Shown here: positions 29,195 through 39,140 of the stretch, in pieces
Position numbering within the stretch: the stretch's first letter is position 1
Layout: each line of letters opens with the position of its first letter
Source: a virus
Lineage: Duplodnaviria > Caudoviricetes
DNA: 61,091 bases
Virus record (IMG/VR): IMGVR_UViG_3300015360_000046
Coordinates: 1-61,091 of that record
Strand: one strand, 5' to 3'
The notes under the pieces: model-generated
The model's database searches: none
The model's input: the letters and a program-made list of their open reading frames with translations, nothing else
Told to the model about the DNA's origin: nothing
Translations under genes and position numbers: made by a program

Positions 29195-30313
29195 ATGTTT
29201 ATTGAACAATTAATACTAGAGAATTTTCAATCTCATGAACATTCAATATTTAAATTTGATAAAAATTTAAATATTATTGTTGGAGTTAGTAATGCCGGAA
29301 AATCTTCAGTATCTAGGGCCTTAGCGGCTGTTCTTTTTTGCCAGTTTGACAAAAGTTGGGTTCGACATGGAGCAAAATACTGTCGTGTTACAATTACTAC
29401 TAATACAGGTATAGAAGTTGTTAGGGAAAAAGGGGATACGATCAATAGGTACAGTCTAAAAATTCAAGGGGGGCCAGATCAGCCCTTCGAGTCAGTTGGA
29501 ACGACAGTTCCTGAGCCCATTCAGCAGGCTTTAAAAATTCATACAGTTCAGGTTGATACTAAAGTTACGTTGAACCTAAATTTAGCCGGTCAGATGGATT
29601 CACTATTCCTGTTAACAGAAACTGGAAGCTATCGAGCTAACGTCCTAGGAAAACTCTCTGGGGCCACGCATTTAGATCATGCAATCAGAGAATTGAATAA
29701 GGAAAAACGAGAGATCACTAGAGATAAGAACACTCAGGATACTCAGATAGTTGAACTTCAGGGCCAAGTAGATAAGCTTGTTAAAATTAACGCTTATTCT
29801 TTACAAATAAGTGCTCTTGAGGATGCGTTAAGTTCTTTAGCATGCTCCCAAGAGCGTGTAGAACGCATCCGGAACCTTCTAGAACGCGTAAAAGCATCAA
29901 AAGATACATGGACACGGGAAAACAAAAAATTGGAGCTTCTAGGCCCAATTGTCGCAGATCTTACTATTTCTTTACATGTCAAAGTAGATAAGATTAAGAC
30001 TATTAGTTTACTTTGGAGTAAGATAGTAAACTTTAAGCGTACATATGAGCAGCAAAATAAGCTGAATGATTTATTGACTCCTGTTGATTTATCTGCTATA
30101 CTTCTGTTAGCCAACAAAGTGGCTAATTTAAAAGGTAGCAACGATTTGTCAATCAAGGTGGCTAAGAATACCAAAGAACTTTTGACCAAGATTGATGAGG
30201 TGCGTCAAGTTGAACAACGTTACAAAGAAGCTGTACAACAATATGGTGATATGCTCAAGGCCGCTGGAGTGTGTCCAATGTGCAATAGATCCACAGTCGA
30301 ATGTATACAATAA
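29195..30313 (+). CDS. sbcC: SbcC/Rad50-like ATPase, N-terminal half ending at the zinc hook
   Basis: L.NFQSH, GVSNAGKS Walker A, Q-loop GQMD, coiled coil, terminal CPMC. Confidence 0.85.
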   Translation: MFIEQLILENFQSHEHSIFKFDKNLNIIVGVSNAGKSSVSRALAAVLFCQFDKSWVRHGAKYCRVTITTNTGIEVVREKGDTINRYSLKIQGGPDQPFESVGTTVPEPIQQALKIHTVQVDTKVTLNLNLAGQMDSLFLLTETGSYRANVLGKLSGATHLDHAIRELNKEKREITRDKNTQDTQIVELQGQVDKLVKINAYSLQISALEDALSSLACSQERVERIRNLLERVKASKDTWTRENKKLELLGPIVADLTISLHVKVDKIKTISLLWSKIVNFKRTYEQQNKLNDLLTPVDLSAILLLANKVANLKGSNDLSIKVAKNTKELLTKIDEVRQVEQRYKEAVQQYGDMLKAAGVCPMCNRSTVECIQ

Positions 30314-30654
30314 TTGCTGGGAGCCGAACGATTACTAACATGGTTGAATTAGAAACTGCTGTAAAAGCGTCTGGGTTTACTATTACTAAGGTTGCTTGTG
30401 GTGGAGCGTCAGGTGTTGATTCACTTGGCGCTTCATATGCGATGTCAAACAACATTCCCATTGTTCTTTTTAAACCAGATTGGGATACTTATGGTAAAGC
30501 CGCTGGTCCCATACGTAATCAGTTAATGGCCGAGAGTGCAGAGGCGTTAATATTAATTTATGATGGAAAATCTCGTGGTAGTGCAGACATGTTAATTAAG
30601 GCTACGGCCAAAGGTTTAAAGATTCATACTCATATAGTTAAGGCTAAAGAATGA
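30301..30654 (+). CDS. SLOG-family (YspA/DUF2493-like) protein
   Basis: IIAGSR, GGASGVD, GKAAGPIRN..M, DGKSRGS. Confidence 0.85.
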   Translation: MYTIIAGSRTITNMVELETAVKASGFTITKVACGGASGVDSLGASYAMSNNIPIVLFKPDWDTYGKAAGPIRNQLMAESAEALILIYDGKSRGSADMLIKATAKGLKIHTHIVKAKE

Positions 30655-31571
30655 AATTTCTGTTCTTTGGGGATCAACATCTTCGCTCATACTCTGATCG
30701 GCCTAAGTGGCGGATCGATGATCATTATCAGGCCCAATTTGCTGAGTTGAATGATATTAAGGAATTAGCTGTTGCACACAAGGTCGATTTAATTATAAGC
30801 CTCGGTGATTTTTTTGATCATACACGTGTTTCACATCAGCTTGTGACAGATACTCTACGATGGGTTAAGACATTACAGTGTCCAATTTATTCGATTGTTG
30901 GAAATCATGACGTTAATGCTTATGTAACCTCCGATCGTAATAATGGTCTTGGTGTACTATTTGAATCAGAAGCTATTGGTCGTTTGGATGAATTAGTATT
31001 TGACGCACAGAAGGTTGTCATTCGTGGTGTGCATGTTTATCTGGACCCAACCCAAGGGGATTATTTGTTTGACACAAAGTATGACGGGTGGACTAAGATT
31101 GTTGCTAGTCACAATTTTATCATCCCGCATGTTGTGCCATTTCCAGCTGTCCTTCCATTACAGGTTAAGACTAATGCTACAGCCATATTATTAGGGCATT
31201 ACCATAAAGCTTTTACACACACGGAAGGAACCACAGTATTCATGAATCCTGGTAGTATTTCTAGGTGGTCCATTAACGAACAACATCAACCTCAAGTAGC
31301 AATTTTTGATACACAAACAGGGTTGATTACTCCTATTCCTTTAAAAAGTTCGCTTCCGGCCTGTGACATTTTTGATATAGCGGCTGCTGCAGAGATTAAG
31401 TCAACTGAGATGAACTTGCAAAGTTTTGTTAATAGTCTTGAATCAACTAGTTTTGAAAATGCAGATATTGAAAATATTATTTTGATAGAAGGCGCAAAAC
31501 ATGGTATAAGTAAAGGTGTGGTTGATTTGGCACTCGCTCGTGTACAACAAGCAAAGGCGGATATAAAATGA
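30651..31571 (+). CDS. sbcD: SbcD/Mre11-like nuclease
   Basis: GD.H, GDFFD, GNHD, GHYH, NPGS..R. Confidence 0.85.
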   Translation: MKFLFFGDQHLRSYSDRPKWRIDDHYQAQFAELNDIKELAVAHKVDLIISLGDFFDHTRVSHQLVTDTLRWVKTLQCPIYSIVGNHDVNAYVTSDRNNGLGVLFESEAIGRLDELVFDAQKVVIRGVHVYLDPTQGDYLFDTKYDGWTKIVASHNFIIPHVVPFPAVLPLQVKTNATAILLGHYHKAFTHTEGTTVFMNPGSISRWSINEQHQPQVAIFDTQTGLITPIPLKSSLPACDIFDIAAAAEIKSTEMNLQSFVNSLESTSFENADIENIILIEGAKHGISKGVVDLALARVQQAKADIK

Positions 31572-31822
31572 GCTTAGAGAATGATTTGTTAGCGTTAAAA
31601 TCAAAAGGTGAGCGTCTTAATACGCTTCGTATTGAAAATGCGACCAAACTTCAGGGTTTAGAGGCTGAAAAAGAGAAGCTTCTAGTTGAAGCACAAGCCC
31701 TTGGGATTGCCCCAGATAAAATTGAAGAGACATTACGAATTGAGGAAGCCGCAATTCAAGCTGAAACAACTGAACTTGATTTGCAACTCACCAGGATTTT
31801 GGATGAAGTTGCAAGAGTTTAA
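31568..31822 (+). CDS. Small coiled-coil protein
   Basis: Heptad pattern; lies inside the Sbc cluster. Confidence 0.6.
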   Translation: MSLENDLLALKSKGERLNTLRIENATKLQGLEAEKEKLLVEAQALGIAPDKIEETLRIEEAAIQAETTELDLQLTRILDEVARV

Positions 31823-32123
31823 AAGTTCTTGTCGTGCCTGTGCGCATAAACACCAATTTCAAGTTTGTAATTGGCCAATTAATAAAACAGGTCGACTAAA
31901 ATTAAAATTAGTACATGGTGAAAGCAAACTTTGGGGTATTAGTCAAGCTTTACATCAACATTTGGATATGGATGGGGAAGAAGACGTTGTAGTTAAACAA
32001 CGTTTAAATATTTATGAGAACGAAGTGTTTGAGTATGAACAAGAAGTTGATTGTGGATGTAGATTGTATATACCAAGTGATAACTTAGAATTTGTAGAAT
32101 GGAAGTATTCTCAAAGTGAATAA
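31803..32123 (+). CDS. Cys/His zinc microprotein family member (long insert, NL tail)
   Basis: CRACAHKH...C...CGC..Y...DNLEFVEW. Confidence 0.7.
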   Translation: MKLQEFKSSCRACAHKHQFQVCNWPINKTGRLKLKLVHGESKLWGISQALHQHLDMDGEEDVVVKQRLNIYENEVFEYEQEVDCGCRLYIPSDNLEFVEWKYSQSE

Positions 32124-32760
32124 ACAACTCTCTAATAAATTTGAGCAATTGAAGACTAATTACAACCAAAAGGTTGGTCAGCTTCAGGCTATTCAGGATC
32201 ATCTGGCATCAAGTAAAACACAGCTTATTGCACTCACGGATAAAGAGGATTTAACCTTAAAGACAAGTTTATTCCTTCAATCTCTTTCTGATCATACTCG
32301 CTTGCAAGTGCTAGATAAAATTGCTGGTATTGTAACTGATGCATTGCAGACTATAAAAGATACCAATTTAACGTTTACGATGCGCCTAGTCATTAAGGCA
32401 AATCAACCTACCCTGGAAATGGGTATCATTGATAAGCTATCTGGTCAGACGTATGATGTGCTTACTTCCTTCGGGGGAGGTATTTGCGACATAGTGTCAT
32501 TGGCACTTCGTGTTGCATTACTAGTCAAATGGCAGCCGACGTTGTCTCGTGTGCTTATCTTGGATGAAGCCTGCAAACATGTCGCTCAGAAAGATCAAGA
32601 GTTACTTGCAATATTCGTTCGTAAGCTTTCAGAGGCTTTAAATGTTCAGTTTATTTGGATTTCACATAGCGAGATATTAGAGCAAGCTGGACATAAAATT
32701 TTCGAGGTAATTAAAAAAAATGGAATCTCAAAAACCGAAGAAAAAACGCCCCACATTTAA
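32116..32760 (+). CDS. sbcC: SbcC/Rad50-like ATPase, C-terminal half
   Basis: Coiled coil, FGGG signature, LILDE Walker B, ISH H-loop. Confidence 0.85.
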   Translation: MNKQLSNKFEQLKTNYNQKVGQLQAIQDHLASSKTQLIALTDKEDLTLKTSLFLQSLSDHTRLQVLDKIAGIVTDALQTIKDTNLTFTMRLVIKANQPTLEMGIIDKLSGQTYDVLTSFGGGICDIVSLALRVALLVKWQPTLSRVLILDEACKHVAQKDQELLAIFVRKLSEALNVQFIWISHSEILEQAGHKIFEVIKKNGISKTEEKTPHI

Positions 32761-33292
32761 TCAGAACGCAGCAATTAGAGGAGCAATACGACGGATTTTT
32801 AGTAGATCTCCTGCTAAGATTGAAGCGCAAATGAAGGTTCGTCGCGAAGTTCCAAAATTTAATAAAGATGGTTCTAGATCTAAAGTAGATGCAGTTCAAT
32901 ATCAATGCAACATATGTAAAAATTGGGTTGGATCCACTCATGTGGAGGTTGATCATACTGTGCCAGTGATTGAAGTTAATGAACAGGGATTTGTTGATTG
33001 GAATACTTTTGTAAACAGATTATTTTGCCAAGTGCAAGATTTACAAGTTTTGTGTGATCCATGCCACGATCAAAAGACACGAGATGAGCGTAAATCTCGC
33101 CAAGCATTTAAAGATAAGATTTTACTTGACAAATTAGAAGAACGTAGCAAATATGCTGGATCGATTCATGAAGAGAAGGCCTTAAAGAAAGAAATATCTA
33201 AGTTTTTGAAGCTTACTAAGGCGGCGGACACAATTTCCCGCGCCAAGAAACTTAAAGATTTTCTGATAACTAGAATCACAAAGGAAGACTAG
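32720..33292 (+). CDS. HNH endonuclease
   Basis: YQCNIC, EVDH..PV, LQVLC..CH..KT. Confidence 0.8.
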   Translation: MESQKPKKKRPTFNQNAAIRGAIRRIFSRSPAKIEAQMKVRREVPKFNKDGSRSKVDAVQYQCNICKNWVGSTHVEVDHTVPVIEVNEQGFVDWNTFVNRLFCQVQDLQVLCDPCHDQKTRDERKSRQAFKDKILLDKLEERSKYAGSIHEEKALKKEISKFLKLTKAADTISRAKKLKDFLITRITKED

Positions 33293-33576
33293 TGCAAATT
33301 ATTGCGTGGATTGTTACGATCTTATTTGGCGTTACATATTGGCCTCAACTTTGGCATAGCTATAGGACTAAAAGTGTTGGCGATATTAGCCCATATGCAT
33401 GGTTTATTCAATCTCTTGCATATGCGTTAGCTATTAGCTACGGTGTATCACTTATGCAATGGCCTATGATCATCGGGTATGTTCATGGGTTGCTATGTAG
33501 TGTGGTATTCCTACTCATGTATTGGAAATACACTAAGACGCGTAAGAAACGAGGCAAACGAGGCAAACATGTATAG
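33292..33576 (+). CDS. SemiSWEET/PQ-loop 3-TM transporter
   Basis: WPQL..SYRTKSV.DIS, three hydrophobic helices, WP.II. Confidence 0.8.
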   Translation: MQIIAWIVTILFGVTYWPQLWHSYRTKSVGDISPYAWFIQSLAYALAISYGVSLMQWPMIIGYVHGLLCSVVFLLMYWKYTKTRKKRGKRGKHV

Positions 33577-34021
33577 ATTATCAGATGAGTTAGCTAAACT
33601 GCTACTATCAAAGATGCGTAAACCGGATATCGAGACATCAGGTAACGCAGCCTTTTTACCTAAAAATAAAAATAGTTTAGGCCTGATTGATCCAATCTGT
33701 TGTTATGGAACGTCATTTACATATATTCTTGAGAGTCCCAAACCCCTCATTAATCCTGAATTACCATTTATTCCTGCCGGAGTTGAAGGATACTTTTTAT
33801 ATCGGAAGGAAGAGCTTCAACCTGTTAATGAACCTTGGGAAATTAGTCGTGTGTTTATAGATCCCAACTATGAAGATCCGGAAGAAAAGATCGATGTGTC
33901 CGATGTGTCAGTTATTATAGCCAGTGATATTGTCAAATTAACGGCTCCAACGCTTAAGACATTTGAACAACTTGTAGCAAAAGAACCATTAATTGTTGAT
34001 TGTTTGAAATTGGAGAAATAA
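33569..34021 (+). CDS. Hypothetical protein
   Basis: ORF, SD GAGG. Confidence 0.55.
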   Translation: MYRLSDELAKLLLSKMRKPDIETSGNAAFLPKNKNSLGLIDPICCYGTSFTYILESPKPLINPELPFIPAGVEGYFLYRKEELQPVNEPWEISRVFIDPNYEDPEEKIDVSDVSVIIASDIVKLTAPTLKTFEQLVAKEPLIVDCLKLEK

Positions 34022-34022
34022 T

Positions 34023-34424
34023 ATGGAAGAGAATAAACCGACTAATTTTAAAGAAGCAGCCTTATCACATATTCCAGCCAGTGTTGTTGAATCTATGAGA
34101 CGTCAATCAGCTGTAAGTACAGAAGGCATGTCGATTTTGGAAGCCCTTACGAAGAACGGTGGACCAAAAATGATTCCTGAACAGCATGCAGTTGCATCTC
34201 AACCAGTTCAAAAATCCAGCATGTCATTAGCTGTCGATGGGCGTGTTATTAGGATTTCATTAGATCCAACTGAAGGCGCAGTTACAATGCTGCTTTATCT
34301 GTTGGCAACTGTTTGGAGTAAGGATAAGAAGATCGCAAAGGTGTTAAAGCAATTCAATTTTCATTTTTTTGACGAAAACAAGAATCAATTATATCCACTT
34401 GTAAAAACACGTGATAAAATCTAG
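34023..34424 (+). CDS. Hypothetical protein
   Basis: ORF, SD GGAG. Confidence 0.55.
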   Translation: MEENKPTNFKEAALSHIPASVVESMRRQSAVSTEGMSILEALTKNGGPKMIPEQHAVASQPVQKSSMSLAVDGRVIRISLDPTEGAVTMLLYLLATVWSKDKKIAKVLKQFNFHFFDENKNQLYPLVKTRDKI

Positions 34425-34599
34425 CGCTCCGTGTGCATGCGGGCACTCATATAGTAACCACCTGAGTCAGACTTTTCAGCTAGATGATAGTGGACTTGAT
34501 GTTATCAACGGATGTAGTGTTAAATATTGTGACTGTAACATTTTTGACTTTGATAACCTAAGATTTTTGGAGAAGGAATATGAGTCAAAAAACCACTAA
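34411..34599 (+). CDS. Cys/His zinc microprotein family member (NL tail)
   Basis: CACGHxxxxH...C...CDC..F..DNLRFLE. Confidence 0.75.
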   Translation: MIKSSAPCACGHSYSNHLSQTFQLDDSGLDVINGCSVKYCDCNIFDFDNLRFLEKEYESKNH

Positions 34600-34635
34600 A
34601 CAATTACATTATCAACAGCATAAAACTAGGTTAAT

Positions 34636-37600
34636 ATGGATTTAAATAATAATTCATGCGTAAAATGTCCTTTAAGTGAACTTCGAACCTGTGTCTTGAA
34701 CGGGACGGGAGATAAACAATCAAAGATTGTCTTTATTATGGATTCGCCATCCAGAGAAGATGATATGCATAAACTTGCCTTTTCTGGCCTCTCTGCACGC
34801 AAATTAGAGAGCGTTCTAGCTCGCCTAGGTCTTCATAGTAGTCAGGTTTACATGACGTATGCAACACGTTGTCGTGCTAACCTAAGAACCATCGAAGGAG
34901 TGCGACCAGCTAACTTTGACGAGATTCAAGCATGTTCGCAATATCTCTATGATGAGTTAACAGAAATTAAGCCACATGTCCTTGTACCTATGGGTACAGA
35001 AGCAATGATGGCTGTGTTTAATATCAAGAAACCAAAGGTTGGTGAACTTAGGGGTATTGAAGCTTGGTCGGAACGATTTAATTGCAAGATTATTCCGACG
35101 TATGGTACAGGAGCGATTTTACGCAACCCAAACCTTGAAGAAGTGATGTTGCAAGATATTCGCAGAGCAGTTGAATCTTCTAAATATCCTGAAATGTCTG
35201 ATATTAAGAAAGGTAATTATTTGGTTATTAATAGTATGCAAACATTTGATGCTTTTTGCGATCGAATTGTTGAGCAGGAAGAGGTTTCAATCGATTTAGA
35301 AACAACAGGCTTTGATTGGCAATCAGATAAGATAATTTGTTGTTCATTCTCCTGGGCTGCAAATACTGGGGTGCTTCTCCCGATTACAAAATGGATCGGT
35401 GTCGAACACGAGAAGATTGTTGTTAAGCAGAAGAAAACTACTAAGAAGGGTGTTACTACTTATAAGCCTGTTGAGGAGATAGAGAAATGGATCGAGGATA
35501 CATATCATCCATGGTGGGCTGACAAACAAGAGTATGTAATGACACGATTCCGTAAAATCATGGAAAGTAATATTAAATTTGTCGCTCAGAATGGTAAGTT
35601 TGATTGGAAATTCTTATTACAAATGGGTTGGGATGTTAAACCGCTAGCATATGATACACTTCTAATGCACTATCTTCTGCGTGAAACCTCTAAAGGGGAA
35701 CATAACCTAGAAGATATGGCGCTCCAGTATCTGGGCAAAGGGCAACATAAGAAAGAGCTTGATGACTGGTTTAAGGCCAATAAGATGGGTGATGATGATA
35801 ATAAGAAGAATTATGCTCGGGTGCCTACGGACCTTCTCTTTTCCTACGGTGCAGCTGATGCTGATGTAACTCTCCAATTAAAGAATATTTTCATGCCTCG
35901 GCTTGAAGCAGAAGGTATGGCTGATCTATTTAAGCATCTTATCATGCCTCTAAACTTTACACTTACACAGATGGAATTTGAGGGATTTTTAATTGATAAA
36001 ACTGCGCTCCATTATGCTAAGAGTGTTTTAACACAGCAAATGATCGATACACAAACACATATCGGCAAGTTATTAATTGACGAAGGCGTTTTTAAACCTG
36101 TTGATTTTACTAATCAGGCAGAAGTTGACGTATTGATTGCTAACACACTTGAGATTCTAGATTCACCAAAGCAACTTTCTAAGTTATTGTTTGAAACACT
36201 CAAGCTTACTCCGATTAAACAAACAAAAACAGGATACTCTACAGATGAGGAGGTATTAAACATCTTGGGGAAGAAGTATCAGATTAAAGATCCTGTAACT
36301 GGCGAGTGGATCAATGACCCTAAAAGTGTTCCATCATCTATTGTGCAATTTCGTGGACAAGCGAAGCTGCTTCGAACTTATGTAGTAGGCATTGAGACAC
36401 GTTTAGATAAATATGGTCGGTTGCACACCAAGTTTTTACAGGAAGGTACAGAATCAGGACGTCTCTCTAGTCGTGATCCTAACTTTCAAAACTTTCCTCG
36501 TGATTCTAAATTGATTAAGAATATGTTCATTCCATCCCCTGGAAATGTCATTATTGAAGCTGATGAAGGACAGAATGAGTTCAGATGGTGGGGCATTTAT
36601 TCTAATGATCCACAGCTTGTTACAGATTTGAATGATGGGTTAGACATCCATAAACTTGTTGCTGCTTTGGCTGGCAAGGTCGATTATAAGAATGTAACAC
36701 CCAAGCAGCGTCAGGTTGCTAAATCAATCGTGTTCGGGCTCATGTTTAATATGGGTACAGAGAAGCTGTCTAAAGATCATGGTGTTACTGTTCAATATGC
36801 TGAAGAAATTAAGAACATCTTCTTTAGTCGGTATCCTGTTGCGAAGCAATGGAAGTATGACATCGTTAAGTTCGCTAAGAAAAATCTCTATGTTCAGAAC
36901 CGCTTCGGTCGTGTTCGCCACCTTCTAGCTATTAACCATCCAGACAATAAGATCGCGTACCAAGATGAACAGGGGGCGGTAAATTGTGTTGATGATCAAA
37001 CACAAATTTTAACAAAAGATGGATGGAAATCACACACAGAGGTTAACTCTGGAACCATTGTCGCAACTAAAAATCCAAATACTGGTGAATTGGAATGGCA
37101 ACCAATTCTTACTGTGAACAGATCAAATTATAATGGATTAATGTATGAATTTAATACCGCCAGCATATCTGCGGTAACAACTCCAAATCACAGGTGGTTA
37201 ATTGATAGAATATATAGCACAGGACGTAAACAAAAAAAAATAAAATTAAATATATTTAGAGAATCTCAAATAGTTTCGCCATCAGGGGCTGACAGAATTC
37301 ACTTAACAGTGGATTCATATAATGGAAATAATACTAGTTCATTTACTAATGATGAGATTGAATTGATTGGATGGTTAATTACAGAGGGGTCTTATTCTAA
37401 CTCATATGTTGATAAAAAATCTAAGCTTCTTAAAACACCAACAAGCTTAACAATTTGCAAATCATTGCGAGGAAATCCAGACAAATGTGCTCAAATTGAC
37501 AATTTATTTGCACGATTAAATTGTGGCACAGGTATTTATGCTGCACCACGAACACAAGAAAAATATTGGTCTACAAAAAATAAACCTCTAATATTAAAGA

Positions 37601-38331
37601 TCCGCAAATGGTTACCAACACGCTGTCTAACCCCTCAATTTTTATTACATTTATCAATAGAACAGTTGCATATTTTATATGAAACAATGTTATTAGGAGA
37701 TGGCTGCTGGGATAATGTTGCAAAATGTAGACGACAATTTGCTGTTAAAAATCAAACAGCCACAGATATGTTTTCGATGTTGTGTGTACTGATTGGGCAA
37801 AGCCACCACGTTTTTAAGAGAGATTTATCAATGTATCATCCTAGTTCTCCAAAATTACAAAATGTTCCTAAAATGTCATCTATTAATATCGGTGAGTTAA
37901 AAAAACGTACCAGAACACAATGTCTTTCTGAACGAACAATCCATAAGAATTGGCAAGGTATTGTTTGGTGTCCGACTGTTGAAAATCAAACGTGGATCGC
38001 CAGACGAAATGGAACAGTATATGTAACTGGTAACTCACCAATTCAAGGTGCTGCGTCAGACTATGTATCTAATGCAGCCAATCGAATTAGAGCTAAATTA
38101 TTAGAGAAAGGTTTGAAGGGTAAATTGCGTAACCTAATTCATGATGCTATTTACGTAGAGACTCCGCAATCCGAAATTAAAGAGACTTTAGAAATTATGG
38201 AAGAGGCAATGACGCGCAGGATATTAGGGATTCAAATTCCGTTAATTGCTGATTTTAAAATTGGTAAGCGTTGGGGTCGTATGCACAACATCAAGGTAGC
38301 TAACATTATTAAAAAACAGGTTACTTTATAG
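34636..38331 (+). CDS. polA: Family A DNA polymerase with N-terminal family-4 UDG-like domain, 3'-5' exonuclease and intein
   Basis: DLETTG, N.KFD, Y.A.D exo motifs; GRLSS.DPN.QN, AD..Q.E.R, R..AK...FG, N|SPIQG.A.D, IHD. Confidence 0.95.
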   Translation: MDLNNNSCVKCPLSELRTCVLNGTGDKQSKIVFIMDSPSREDDMHKLAFSGLSARKLESVLARLGLHSSQVYMTYATRCRANLRTIEGVRPANFDEIQACSQYLYDELTEIKPHVLVPMGTEAMMAVFNIKKPKVGELRGIEAWSERFNCKIIPTYGTGAILRNPNLEEVMLQDIRRAVESSKYPEMSDIKKGNYLVINSMQTFDAFCDRIVEQEEVSIDLETTGFDWQSDKIICCSFSWAANTGVLLPITKWIGVEHEKIVVKQKKTTKKGVTTYKPVEEIEKWIEDTYHPWWADKQEYVMTRFRKIMESNIKFVAQNGKFDWKFLLQMGWDVKPLAYDTLLMHYLLRETSKGEHNLEDMALQYLGKGQHKKELDDWFKANKMGDDDNKKNYARVPTDLLFSYGAADADVTLQLKNIFMPRLEAEGMADLFKHLIMPLNFTLTQMEFEGFLIDKTALHYAKSVLTQQMIDTQTHIGKLLIDEGVFKPVDFTNQAEVDVLIANTLEILDSPKQLSKLLFETLKLTPIKQTKTGYSTDEEVLNILGKKYQIKDPVTGEWINDPKSVPSSIVQFRGQAKLLRTYVVGIETRLDKYGRLHTKFLQEGTESGRLSSRDPNFQNFPRDSKLIKNMFIPSPGNVIIEADEGQNEFRWWGIYSNDPQLVTDLNDGLDIHKLVAALAGKVDYKNVTPKQRQVAKSIVFGLMFNMGTEKLSKDHGVTVQYAEEIKNIFFSRYPVAKQWKYDIVKFAKKNLYVQNRFGRVRHLLAINHPDNKIAYQDEQGAVNCVDDQTQILTKDGWKSHTEVNSGTIVATKNPNTGELEWQPILTVNRSNYNGLMYEFNTASISAVTTPNHRWLIDRIYSTGRKQKKIKLNIFRESQIVSPSGADRIHLTVDSYNGNNTSSFTNDEIELIGWLITEGSYSNSYVDKKSKLLKTPTSLTICKSLRGNPDKCAQIDNLFARLNCGTGIYAAPRTQEKYWSTKNKPLILKIRKWLPTRCLTPQFLLHLSIEQLHILYETMLLGDGCWDNVAKCRRQFAVKNQTATDMFSMLCVLIGQSHHVFKRDLSMYHPSSPKLQNVPKMSSINIGELKKRTRTQCLSERTIHKNWQGIVWCPTVENQTWIARRNGTVYVTGNSPIQGAASDYVSNAANRIRAKLLEKGLKGKLRNLIHDAIYVETPQSEIKETLEIMEEAMTRRILGIQIPLIADFKIGKRWGRMHNIKVANIIKKQVTL
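36985..38034 (+). mobile_element. Intein (350 aa) with LAGLIDADG-type homing endonuclease
   Basis: AVN|CVDDQTQILT.DGW ... TPNHRW ... IGWLITEGS, MLLGDG ... VWCPTV...TWIARRNG..YVTGN|SPIQG; splicing restores the PolA motif. Confidence 0.93.
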
Positions 38332-38365
38332 ATACAATCATGTTATACTTATTCTATAGGTTAAA

Positions 38366-38905
38366 ATGAACGAAATTAAAACAAATGTGATTGTTTATTT
38401 AGCATGCCGAATGACTGGACGCTCTAAAGCTGTCATGGTTAAAGAGGCTTATAATGCAGTCGCAATCCTCTCTAAACATGGAATCACATGTATTTCTCCT
38501 GTCCTTAAAGAAAATATTGTTTCTGAGCATAAGATTCTTACAGCCGAGTCTGAGCAGGCTTTAGCTCAAGAGTGGAAAAAAGACAAGGATTATATTAAAC
38601 AAGCGCATGTTGTGCTTGACTTATCAGCTGCATCTCGAATACGTAGTGAAGGGGCAACTCACGAATACATGTTTGCACGTTATGCTTTGTTCAAACCTGT
38701 TGTACGATTGTTCCCTAAGGGTTTAGGTCACTCCGTGGCTCGCATTGAAAATGCATTTATCGCTCGGACATTAGAAGAAGCAGCTATTGCCATCATAGGA
38801 AAATGGGGCACTAGATCACGTCGGATCCTTTGGCGTCTTGAAGAACGAATTTTTTGGAAATGGATGAAATTGTTGCGCTTGCAGTTCTTTGGTCTATTTA
38901 GATAA
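38366..38905 (+). CDS. Nucleoside 2-deoxyribosyltransferase-like/DUF4406-like protein
   Basis: VYLA..MTG, SP, D...I..A.VV, S.GAT.E..A...KPV. Confidence 0.65.
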   Translation: MNEIKTNVIVYLACRMTGRSKAVMVKEAYNAVAILSKHGITCISPVLKENIVSEHKILTAESEQALAQEWKKDKDYIKQAHVVLDLSAASRIRSEGATHEYMFARYALFKPVVRLFPKGLGHSVARIENAFIARTLEEAAIAIIGKWGTRSRRILWRLEERIFWKWMKLLRLQFFGLFR

Positions 38906-38921
38906 GATAGCGGGAGGAAGT

Positions 38922-39140
38922 ATGACAAAGCAAGTGTGGACATTGTATGACGTTTGTATATGTAATCATGAATATATGCAACATCACATCCAATGCTCAG
39001 CAAATATCCCAATTGGGCAAAAGTTCTTTCGCGGGATCCTTCCAAACGATGTCAAGATTCAAATGTGTGGATGTAAGACGTTTAGATTTAGTAAAGTGAA
39101 TACCACCAATCCTAAACCTACATTACAGGGAGACGACTAA
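38922..39140 (+). CDS. Cys/His zinc microprotein family member (no NL tail)
   Basis: CICNHxxxxH...C...CGC..F; SD GGAGG. Confidence 0.7.
   Translation: MTKQVWTLYDVCICNHEYMQHHIQCSANIPIGQKFFRGILPNDVKIQMCGCKTFRFSKVNTTNPKPTLQGDD

Noticed and set aside
29195-32760. Split intein or intron joining the SbcC halves
   Set aside because: No intein terminal motifs at the junctions; the intervening DNA is filled with ordinary genes
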